Virus record (IMG/VR): IMGVR_UViG_3300033075_001711
Strand: one strand, 5' to 3'
Source of the DNA: an uncultured virus (IMG/VR IMGVR_UViG_3300033075_001711)
Taxonomy: Duplodnaviria > Heunggongvirae > Uroviricota > Caudoviricetes
DNA: 64,000 nucleotides
In this document: piece after piece, positions 55,644 through 64,000 of the stretch
How the letters are laid out: each line of letters begins with the position of its first letter
Numbering within the stretch: position 1 is the first letter of the stretch
Translations under genes and position numbers: made by a program
The notes under the pieces: generated by a model
Seen by the model: only the letters and a program-made list of their open reading frames with translations
Databases searched by the model: none
Told to the model about the DNA's origin: nothing

Positions 55644-56557
55644 GATTCATGATGCCTTTCCCGGATTATTGGAAATCATCTATTTTATTAGTTCAACAAG
55701 CATTAGATAGTCTTAAAAATTTGAGGCTATCTAATGCTAGAGACGAGCTTTTAGAGTTGAGTAAATTTATTGATAGTTATATAGAACAATATGAAAATGA
55801 TTTAACAGACATAACTTCGGATAGAGATACAACATCTACAAATCTATACGAGGTTTATGATATCTCAATAAATTTGAAATATATTGTGAAAAGCCTGAAT
55901 TTATTAATTAAGGTTTTTGATTTATATTTAGATGATACAAGGAAAAAACTACATGTAGTTGAGATAAGTTTCCCAAAAGTTTTTAAAGAGTTTATAAAAG
56001 ATTTTTCAGTTTAGAGGAAAAACATGGATTTAAAATATATATTTAGTAAAAATGCTGGCAATGATTTTTACATTGATCAGGACCTATTGGATAAAATAGG
56101 AGCTTCAGATAAAAATGATCCTGATGAATGGAAATCTCCTGTTCCAGTTCCACCTAATAAAGTTAAAAATTTAAAAATTCAGAAACCTACTGATTACGCA
56201 AAAAAATAATGATCTCGAAGGTTTCTCAGAGAGAAAAGATTCTAATTCGAGAGAATTGGATGAAAAATTTTGATTATGAAGATTTAGTTGAATCGAAAAC
56301 TTTAGAAATTCAACTAAATCTTCTTTATCATTTTTGCCCTACTACTATAAAATTAAAAAAAATATCATTTAGACCCGGAACTATAGGATCTCTTTTTCTT
56401 TTTTTAAGAGTTTTTGTGTTTATTAAAAAAGCAATTTTAGGGCAAAAATTTTCAAAAAAAGAAAATTTATTATTATATTCTAAATTTTTGAGTTATTCTT
56501 TTTATATATTTAGTAGATTAAAAGCCTTATACCTAAAAACACGAGTTAAATTAACAT

Positions 56558-57835
56558 ATGATTAAACAAGCAACTAAACTTTCAGATTTAGAATCAAAAC
56601 TGAAAACATTATCAAATATGGTTCCTTGTGTTATTACATCAAGTTTTTTGAATTTGGTGGATCATTTTAAATTAAATAAACAAGCTGATATTTTTCATAT
56701 CATTAAAAATGACTTAAATGATTTACTCTATTTAGTTAACAAAGATAGTAGTTTTCATTATGAGGATAGATTTAAAATTAATGACCTTTGTAAAAAAATA
56801 GGTTCAGTAATATCTGATCTGTCTAAAACTGAAGAGTCAAGCGTATTTTTTTCTGAAAAAGAAATTAAAATATCCAAACAAAATATTTTAGATATTAGTA
56901 TTCGAAAACCACCTAAAAAAGTAAAAGATTTAAAATTACGTGGGGATTTAAGTAAGTATGCGTATTACAGTCCAGGAGATATTCAGTATTTACATAAACT
57001 CGCTTCATTAGGTTTTAATACTAAAATTAAAATAGGAAAAGTTTCTTTTGAAATTTCTGATTTAAAAAATAAACTTCAATTTAACTGTGATGGGCAAAAA
57101 TTTAAACCTTCTTATAAAAATGCATCCGAATATTTGAATGCATTCTATAATATAAATCTATACAAAATAGCTGCTAATTCAGGTCTTTATGATTTAGATG
57201 TTCCACCAAGCAAAATAAAAGATTTAAAATTAGACACAGATAAAACGCTAGTTAAAAAATGGGAAAAACAAGAAAAAGATTTAAACAAAGATTATTCTCC
57301 AAAACAAATCAAAAAGAAAGCTGCGGATTCAGAAAATCCAACTGAAACAGAATCTAAATTAGATTTTTCTATTGAAAAAAATGGAGCTGGTTTAAATTTG
57401 TTGTTAAAAAAACAAAAAGAACCTTTAGGAACAGTTCTTGAAACAACTTTAAATTCTATTGCTTCTTTAAATGATCCTATAAATAACAGTATTTCTAATG
57501 TTACTGATGATCCTAAAATTTTATCTGAAATTAGTAAAAATTTAAAATTAAAAAACCAAGAAATTTTAAATTTACTCTCTAGATATAATAATGTATATAT
57601 ACATGTTGATATTTCTAATAATAAAATAGAATTAAAACCTGGTGTGGAAAGCCCTATAGTTGCTAATAGTAACATAGTAGCTAAACCAAAAAAACAACCT
57701 CCTCCAGGTGGATATAAATATAATCCTTTTGCTGTTTGTAAATCAAAAGAATTATCTAAAGATAAAGAAGAGGCATGTATTAAAGATCTTCATAAAAAAG
57801 AATGGTCCAGATATAAAGATGATTCCAGAAAATAG
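56558..57835 (+). CDS. Lys-rich hypothetical protein, possible internal head protein
   Basis: 425 aa; several K-x-A sites; two PP-x-K-[VI]-KDLKL repeats. Confidence 0.65.
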   Translation: MIKQATKLSDLESKLKTLSNMVPCVITSSFLNLVDHFKLNKQADIFHIIKNDLNDLLYLVNKDSSFHYEDRFKINDLCKKIGSVISDLSKTEESSVFFSEKEIKISKQNILDISIRKPPKKVKDLKLRGDLSKYAYYSPGDIQYLHKLASLGFNTKIKIGKVSFEISDLKNKLQFNCDGQKFKPSYKNASEYLNAFYNINLYKIAANSGLYDLDVPPSKIKDLKLDTDKTLVKKWEKQEKDLNKDYSPKQIKKKAADSENPTETESKLDFSIEKNGAGLNLLLKKQKEPLGTVLETTLNSIASLNDPINNSISNVTDDPKILSEISKNLKLKNQEILNLLSRYNNVYIHVDISNNKIELKPGVESPIVANSNIVAKPKKQPPPGGYKYNPFAVCKSKELSKDKEEACIKDLHKKEWSRYKDDSRK

Positions 57836-58214
57836 TCTTTATCTAAATTCAGTAGACAATGAAAATAGAGGTCTTTTTTGTTATAATGAGATAAAACAAG
57901 GCGACATTATAATAAAAGGAAAAGAAAATTTAAATTTTAAAAGATATTCTTTAGATAAAGATCCGGATCTTTTTGCTAAAGATTTAGATATTATAATGTT
58001 ATGGGATGGATCTTTAGTTGGAAAAATATCCGAAACTAAAAAAAGATTTGTAGATTTTATAAACCATTCTTTGAATCCAAACGCAGCATTTGATAATGGA
58101 TTTAATTTATTTTCTCTTAAAAACATTTCACCTCTAACTGAAATAACTATAGATTATAGAGTATATACTCACCCATATGATTGTATGTGGGAGAAACGTT
58201 TTATGAGTTTTTAA
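57819..58214 (+). CDS. SET-domain protein (start corrected to MIPENS)
   Basis: RGLF, IKQGDII, FINHSLNPNA, EITIDY. Confidence 0.85.
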   Translation: MIPENSLYLNSVDNENRGLFCYNEIKQGDIIIKGKENLNFKRYSLDKDPDLFAKDLDIIMLWDGSLVGKISETKKRFVDFINHSLNPNAAFDNGFNLFSLKNISPLTEITIDYRVYTHPYDCMWEKRFMSF

Positions 58215-58215
58215 C

Positions 58216-58881
58216 ATGATTTTTAATTCAAATAAAATATTATATTTAGCTAAAATGATAGAATCTATTGCTGTTGATTTATTTGATAAAGATGATTCTG
58301 ATGATAATTTAAAAGATAAAATTTTTGAATTAAAAGATAAATTGAAAAAAATTCAAAATGGCTTTTTAAAGATTTCTCCAAATAAAACTGCTGAGTTAGT
58401 AATATTTCCATATCATTCTTATCCTGTTAAATATGATCCAACATATATTGAACAAAAAAATCATTCCTACAATGATCCTACAAAACATTTTGATTTAAGA
58501 AGAGATAAAGTTGTTTGGGAATTTAAACCTATGATTCCAAATCAACCTTTAAAACCATTTCAAAAATTCGATAAGGATCCAAAATCACATTTACCGGGTG
58601 AAAATCCCTACCATGATTTTTATAAAGATGATGCTTTTCTTTATAAAGGAATGCCAGAAAATAAAGTAAAAAGTTATTTAATAAGAAAAAATAATAAAAT
58701 TGCTTTCTTAAACAAAGAAAAAATATCTGAGTTAGTTTCAAAAGTACAGGCAGGAGAAATAACATCAGAATTTATTAAAAATGTTCCTGTACCACAACAT
58801 ATTGATTTAGATTCAGATGAATTTGTTTCTTTTTTAAAGATATTTAAAGAAAAATTAGACTTGGTTTTTAAACATGCCTGA
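58216..58881 (+). CDS. Hypothetical protein
   Basis: 221 aa ORF in the plus-strand run. Confidence 0.65.
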   Translation: MIFNSNKILYLAKMIESIAVDLFDKDDSDDNLKDKIFELKDKLKKIQNGFLKISPNKTAELVIFPYHSYPVKYDPTYIEQKNHSYNDPTKHFDLRRDKVVWEFKPMIPNQPLKPFQKFDKDPKSHLPGENPYHDFYKDDAFLYKGMPENKVKSYLIRKNNKIAFLNKEKISELVSKVQAGEITSEFIKNVPVPQHIDLDSDEFVSFLKIFKEKLDLVFKHA

Positions 58882-59221
58882 AAATAATAAAGAGTTACTT
58901 TTAAAATTAAGACGCGAAACTAGAGATCCTGATGGAGATCATCATAGTTATAAACGAAGAGTGGATTGGTACAAAGAAGGGGATGTTACAAAACAAGAGT
59001 TAATTTATATTTATATTTTGCAGGAAGGAAAATGTTTTTATTGTGATGTTCCTGTAGAAGAGCCACGATTTAATCCAACAGATATAAGAGGTTTTGACCA
59101 TATTTATCCCAGAGAAAAAGGTGGAAAACATACTCTTAGTAATTTAGTGCTTTGCTGTGGTTCGTGCAATGAACAAAAAGGTGGCTATAAACAACACCCA
59201 CAAGAGGAAGTAGAGGTTTAA
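58874..59221 (+). CDS. HNH endonuclease
   Basis: CFYC...DHIYP..KGG...SNLVLCCGSCN..K. Confidence 0.9.
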   Translation: MPENNKELLLKLRRETRDPDGDHHSYKRRVDWYKEGDVTKQELIYIYILQEGKCFYCDVPVEEPRFNPTDIRGFDHIYPREKGGKHTLSNLVLCCGSCNEQKGGYKQHPQEEVEV

Positions 59222-59222
59222 A

Positions 59223-59726
59223 GTGTTATATTATTTAAACAATTTTTATAATTGGTTAAAAACAAACAAATTTACTTGGGGAATAAGTTGGGTTTTTTTG
59301 TTTTTTATAGGTTTAATTTTATTTTTAATTTTTAGAGGTAAATTTAATTTAGGTGGATTTTTATCTAGAAAAACATCTGATCCAAATAAAGTAAAAATTG
59401 GAAATACTATTGTAGAAAAAAGAAAAGATGATACAGGAAATATTATAGGTATAGGTGTTCCAGATAAACAGGAATTTGTTCAGGTAGAACAAAAGAAAAT
59501 TATTCCTAGTATTAATCCTTTTAGAGATAAATCTGTTATAAAAACAGAAGATGGCGAAAAAATAAAACTTCCTACAGGAGTGGAAGATAAAGATGTAGAT
59601 TTAGTTTTAAAAACGAAAACTAAAGAAATTCATGTTATTAAATTAAAAAATGATATTGAACATGATAAAAAATATTCTAAATCTTTAGATGATCTTATAT
59701 CTGATTTGGAGAAACTAGATGTTTAA
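59223..59726 (+). CDS. N-terminally membrane-anchored protein
   Basis: TM segment WGISWVFLFFIGLILFLIF then soluble domain. Confidence 0.65.
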   Translation: MLYYLNNFYNWLKTNKFTWGISWVFLFFIGLILFLIFRGKFNLGGFLSRKTSDPNKVKIGNTIVEKRKDDTGNIIGIGVPDKQEFVQVEQKKIIPSINPFRDKSVIKTEDGEKIKLPTGVEDKDVDLVLKTKTKEIHVIKLKNDIEHDKKYSKSLDDLISDLEKLDV

Positions 59727-60288
59727 AAAATTATTTTGTTATTTGTTTTGTTTTAATTTAATGTTTTCTACAATTCCTAATAGTTTTTCAGAAAACACTA
59801 TCTCTATTCCTAAAGTAAATTTTGTAGAGATGCTATCAAGATTGAAAGATCTTAAAAAAATTGAGTCTAGTTTTCCTATTGTTGAAATCGTTGAAACTCC
59901 AACAATAGTTGTAGATTTTGATGGTAGAGTTTATTTTAAACCTGAAGTTTTAAAATTAAAATTTAAATTGGAATATTTAAATTATGAAATTTCTATTCCT
60001 TTGGAAGCTCAAGTTTATAGAAATAAGCCACCTAAAAAGTTTTTTGATTTAAAATTTAAAGTTGGATTTTTAAAATCTTTAAAACAAGATAGTATTTCAG
60101 GAGTTTTTTTGGTATCACCCTTTAGCTATAGAAATTTCTCACCCAATATTTATTTAGGAAATAAATCTGCAGGTTTAGTAATTTCTATGGATGTATTAAA
60201 AAATACTGGCCCGTATATAGGTACTGGGTATGATTATGAATATTCAAATTTAGATTTAGTTTTTGGTGTTTTTTTTAATTTAAATTGA
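59719..60288 (+). CDS. Exported protein with beta-rich aromatic C-terminus
   Basis: Signal-peptide-like N-terminus; ends DLVFGVFFNLN. Confidence 0.55.
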   Translation: MFKKLFCYLFCFNLMFSTIPNSFSENTISIPKVNFVEMLSRLKDLKKIESSFPIVEIVETPTIVVDFDGRVYFKPEVLKLKFKLEYLNYEISIPLEAQVYRNKPPKKFFDLKFKVGFLKSLKQDSISGVFLVSPFSYRNFSPNIYLGNKSAGLVISMDVLKNTGPYIGTGYDYEYSNLDLVFGVFFNLN

Positions 60289-60299
60289 GGTTTAATTAA

Positions 60300-60878
60300 A
60301 TGTCTACTTTGACTCTGTTTTTGAATAATAAAAATTTTGAAGTTTATTATAACAGTCAAAAAGTAAAGATTTTAGATAATTTTGAAATTTCAATAGAAAA
60401 TACTCCTGGAGTTATTTCGTTACCATCTAGTGATATGTTTGAAATTTTATCTCCGGTTCAAACAGAGCCAAGTATTTTGCATAATTTAGATTGGAAATAT
60501 GTTGTAAAAATTAATGATTCAGTTTCTCAAGAAATTGGATCATTAATTTTTAATAGACATAATTCTGGTTTAGATGTTTTGGCTTTTAGGCCAGATAATA
60601 ACATTTTTAAATTTAAAATAAAAATTGAAACTAGTAAAATAACATTAAGTTACTACTCCTACTATGTATATTCAGAGTATAGAAGTTATAGCGCACCTTC
60701 AATATATCAAGACGATATTGAAATTTTTAGATTAAATTCTGGACAATTTGAAATGGTAGATGGGGATAAAAAAATTTATACCAAATATTTTGTTTCAAAT
60801 TCTATTTCAGATAGTTCTAAATATATGTTGGTGCCATATGATACAATGTTAGATTCGGAAAAATTTTTATCAATATGA
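60300..60878 (+). CDS. Hypothetical beta-rich protein
   Basis: 192 aa ORF with GAGG SD. Confidence 0.6.
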   Translation: MSTLTLFLNNKNFEVYYNSQKVKILDNFEISIENTPGVISLPSSDMFEILSPVQTEPSILHNLDWKYVVKINDSVSQEIGSLIFNRHNSGLDVLAFRPDNNIFKFKIKIETSKITLSYYSYYVYSEYRSYSAPSIYQDDIEIFRLNSGQFEMVDGDKKIYTKYFVSNSISDSSKYMLVPYDTMLDSEKFLSI

Positions 60879-61741
60879 AATTAGCTTTATTTTTAGAACC
60901 TAGAGACGCCATATCCTATGTGGAAGATTTGTCTAAAGCGGGCCATGTTATAGATTCTGTGATACTTACACATCCTACAGCATACCCGCAAACTCATCTT
61001 AATTTAATTAAAAAATATGTTTCACAAGTTATATTTTTAGAAATTTCTAAATGGAAAGGTTTAAGAGTTCTATTGAAAAATAGAGGTTTAGATTATCTTG
61101 GAGTTATAAATTTTTATTTAAATGACTCTTATTTATCTGAATTACAAGAATTAGTAACTGATTTGAATCTTAAAACTTTGCGAGTATTTTATTCAGATTT
61201 TATAGATGATTCTGGATATGATGTTTTATTTTGGCAAATAAGAAATTCATATAAAAATTTAGGATCTTTTTGTTTTTATGATTTTACAAATAAGAAGGTA
61301 TTAAATTTAGATTATGAATTAGTTGGAAGATTGTCTAATTTAAATTATGGTTTAATTTTAAAAGAAATACAAGAGCGAGCTATATACCATTTTGCAGCCT
61401 TTTTAGGATTTTTAAATTCAGGAAATGATTTAACAGAATTTACTCCTGTTTTAAACACAGATTTTAAATCTAAAACAATTGATTTAAATGATACTCAGAT
61501 AAAATCTGATATGACAGTTGAAGAGGCTTTAAATTTAATAAAAGCTTGTAACCCAAATTATGGGGCATGGTATTTTTATAGAACTGGATCTATTATTATT
61601 TGGGATGCTTCTTTAGAAGAAGACACAGATAAATTTTGTATAGAATTGTCTAACGGAAAAATATATGTAGAATGTGCTCAATTAGAGTATGGGTATTTTA
61701 ATGGGAAAGACGCTTTAAAATTAAAGGAAATTTATGGCTAA
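60875..61741 (+). CDS. Formyltransferase-fold (Fmt-like) protein, probably catalytically degenerate
   Basis: GHVIDSVILT and C-terminal NLIKACNPNYGAW...IIIWDA fit Fmt; NxHxSLLP motif absent. Confidence 0.55.
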   Translation: MKLALFLEPRDAISYVEDLSKAGHVIDSVILTHPTAYPQTHLNLIKKYVSQVIFLEISKWKGLRVLLKNRGLDYLGVINFYLNDSYLSELQELVTDLNLKTLRVFYSDFIDDSGYDVLFWQIRNSYKNLGSFCFYDFTNKKVLNLDYELVGRLSNLNYGLILKEIQERAIYHFAAFLGFLNSGNDLTEFTPVLNTDFKSKTIDLNDTQIKSDMTVEEALNLIKACNPNYGAWYFYRTGSIIIWDASLEEDTDKFCIELSNGKIYVECAQLEYGYFNGKDALKLKEIYG

Positions 61742-62378
61742 AAAAACAAAATTAAATTTAAGTCTAGAAATAGATTCAGATATATTAACAGAAAAAGAAT
61801 GTGAGATTATTTTAGATCTTTTAAAAGAATATATTAACGTTCCAAATTTTCCTAAAAAATATGATGGTATAAAAAATGGACGTACCATGTCTTGGGAATT
61901 TGTAAATGAGACAACCGAAAAAATGGAAAATTCACAAACTCATTTACCTAAACAAGTTAGAACTAAAAAAGCAGCAGCTACATATCTTGGTATAACTGAG
62001 AGTGAGGCTATGTCTTTAGGTATAGATTCTTCTACTGGATATGTTTCTCCAGGCCCCAAAAAATAGTTTTATTCAAATAAATTTATGTATAAAAACCCAA
62101 CAGAGACGGGTTTAATTTCTAGATTAAGTGTATTAGTAGATATATTTAATAAAATTAAATACCCAGGAAATATAAAATTAACTCAAAAATATATGTTAGA
62201 TAGTGTTGAAATTCCAAAAGGGACTGAGTTAAAAATTAAAAAGAAATATATAATGGGAGACGTTATTAGGGTTAGAGTTCTAAATCCTATAACACAAGAA
62301 GATTCTATTTTTAATTTTTCTCCTAGTTTTAATTTGGATACATTACCTTTTGAATTTGTATAACAAAAACTGATTTTG

Positions 62379-62436
62379 ATATTCCTCTATATATTGCTTT
62401 TTTTCTCCTTTGAAATATATAGAGGAATATTTTTTT
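62379..62436 (+). terminator. 17-bp perfect inverted repeat with T-run before the topoisomerase gene
   Basis: ATATTCCTCTATATATT-18 nt-AATATATAGAGGAATAT-TTTTTT. Confidence 0.6.
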
Positions 62437-62457
62437 ATTATAAACTAAGGTTTAAAA

Positions 62458-64000
62458 ATGTTTGATGAAAAATTAACTGAAGTAGAAATACAAGATAAAC
62501 TTGAGTCTGACTATCTGGATTATTCTGTATATGTAATTCATGATAGAGCATTACCCAGAGTAGAAGATGGTTTAAAACCTGTTCAACGTAGAATCCTATA
62601 CTCTTTTTATAAACAAAATAGTACTCCAACTAGTTCATATAAAAAATGCGCTTCTATTGTTGGGGATTGTATTAAATTACATCCACACGGAGAAACATCT
62701 ATTTTTGATGCTTTGTGCAAAATGGCTTTAGATTGGGGATATAGGTATCCTTTAGTAGACCCCCAAGGAAGTTTTGGCTCTAGAGATGGTGATGGGCCAG
62801 CAGCTATGCGATATGTTGAAGCTCGATTAACTAAATTTGGAAGTCTATTTTTTGATGGTATAGATAAAAAAAATGTTGATATGTTTCTTAATTATACACA
62901 TGAAATAGAGGAACCAGATTTATTACCTGTTAGGTTTCCTAACCTATTAGTTAATCCTGTTAAAGGGATTGCTGTAGGTATGGCTACAGATATTCCCTCG
63001 CATAATTTAAAAGATGTGTGTACTCTAACTCAAGAATACATTAAACGAGAAATTAATATAGATGATGTTTTATCTATATTGAAAGGACCAGATTTTCCTA
63101 CAGGTGGTTTAGTTGAAGGTAAAGAAAAATTAAAAAATATTTATTTAACGGGTTCAGGACAAGTTAGTATTAAAGCTCGATATGAAATTGTAAAACAAAA
63201 AAATAAAACTATGATTTTATTTAGAGAGCTTCCTTTTAGAGTATTAAAATCTGAGTTAATTGCTAAAATAGCTAAAAAAATTGAAGCTAAAGAAATTTCA
63301 GGAATTAGTGAAATTCATGACCTTTCAGATAGAAATAATCCTCTATTGATAGAAATAACATTACAAAAAGATGCTAATCCTGAAGTAGTTATAAATAATT
63401 TATATCAAAAAACACATTTACAAACCACACATAATGCTAACTATACTGTACTAGTTGGTAAAGAACCTAAAGTATTAGATATTTTCTCTATTTTAAAATA
63501 TTGGTTAGAATTTAGAAAAAATGTTTTAAAACGAGAATTTACTTTTGATTTAAATAAAATAATTGAGCAGCTTATTACTTTAGAAGCTTATTTGGTTGCT
63601 TTAGGAAATATAGCTAAAGTAATTGAAATTATCCAAAACTCTGAATCTGTTCAAGTTGCTTTAGACTCTTTAAAAGAATCTTTAAATATTTCTGAGAAAT
63701 TTGCTAAAATTATATTAGATATGAAAATATCTAAATTAGTAAAATTAGAGAGATCTAAAATAGAAGAAGATAGTAAAAAATTACAAGATCGTAAGATTAG
63801 ATTAGAGAGTTTGTTAAATAACAAATCAGATTTGGATCAATATATTATTGATGATTTAGAAGATGTTAAAAAGCAGTGTGGCGATTCTAGAGTTAGTGAA
63901 ATAAGTTATACAGAACCAAAAGAAATTTCAGATATAGATTTAGTTCCAAAAGAAGATTTTCAACTAGTTATAACAAAAAATTCTCAATATTATAAAGAAG
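62458..64000 (+). CDS. gyrA: DNA gyrase/topoisomerase IV subunit A, runs off the window end
   Basis: Read by hand: MFDEKL...DYLDYSVYVIHDRALPRVEDGLKPVQRRILY...HPHGE...AAMRYVEARL...GPDFPTGG; GyrA versus ParC cannot be resolved without the C-terminus. Confidence 0.93.
   Translation, partial: MFDEKLTEVEIQDKLESDYLDYSVYVIHDRALPRVEDGLKPVQRRILYSFYKQNSTPTSSYKKCASIVGDCIKLHPHGETSIFDALCKMALDWGYRYPLVDPQGSFGSRDGDGPAAMRYVEARLTKFGSLFFDGIDKKNVDMFLNYTHEIEEPDLLPVRFPNLLVNPVKGIAVGMATDIPSHNLKDVCTLTQEYIKREINIDDVLSILKGPDFPTGGLVEGKEKLKNIYLTGSGQVSIKARYEIVKQKNKTMILFRELPFRVLKSELIAKIAKKIEAKEISGISEIHDLSDRNNPLLIEITLQKDANPEVVINNLYQKTHLQTTHNANYTVLVGKEPKVLDIFSILKYWLEFRKNVLKREFTFDLNKIIEQLITLEAYLVALGNIAKVIEIIQNSESVQVALDSLKESLNISEKFAKIILDMKISKLVKLERSKIEEDSKKLQDRKIRLESLLNNKSDLDQYIIDDLEDVKKQCGDSRVSEISYTEPKEISDIDLVPKEDFQLVITKNSQYYKE

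Noticed and set aside
62438..62629. 63 aa minus-strand ORF
   Set aside because: Antisense to the topoisomerase A gene
1..64000. Stop-codon reassignment as seen in some huge phages
   Set aside because: Long conserved genes (pnkp, S8, gyrA, tnpB) read through under code 11, and TAG and TGA both end genes at sensible positions
1..64000. CRISPR array, tRNA or rRNA genes, retron or DGR
   Set aside because: No spaced direct repeats, cloverleaf or reverse transcriptase motifs seen by eye; the TnpBs have no array, so they are not called Cas12

Overview
Very AT-rich, densely packed segment that looks like part of a jumbo/huge bacteriophage genome (standard genetic code, GGAG Shine-Dalgarno sites, no housekeeping operons, no rRNA, tRNA or CRISPR seen). 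Positions 1 to ~53.1 kb are mostly short minus-strand hypothetical genes driven by at least eight near-consensus sigma70 promoters (TTGACA-17 nt-TATAAC-like), consistent with an early/accessory region. From ~53.2 kb the genes switch to the plus strand (probably late/virion genes) and end in a type II topoisomerase A subunit (gyrA/parC-like) that runs off the window and is missing from the ORF track. Recognisable cargo: an RNA-repair set (Pnkp-Hen1, an Rnl2-like ligase split in two by a GIY-YIG endonuclease, a second ligase-like protein, a PNK-like kinase, a 3' remnant of a Thg1-like gene), ATP-grasp, DHH phosphoesterase, secreted subtilisin, S24/S26 peptidase, dihydroorotate dehydrogenase, SET-domain, HNH and LAGLIDADG proteins, and IS607/TnpB elements (one autonomous, two TnpB-only, one truncated) plus an orphan omegaRNA-like scaffold. 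Best leads: (1) the fractured RNA ligase whose halves carry non-intein add-on segments exactly at the break, (2) four dispersed SH3-like-repeat proteins sharing a C-terminal hydrophobic-plus-basic tail, two of them near a secreted protease gene, (3) a stand-alone TnpB guide-RNA scaffold with its own terminator, (4) a cluster of perfect triloop hairpins at 14.5-14.75 kb. All functional calls are from motif recognition by eye; no searches were run.
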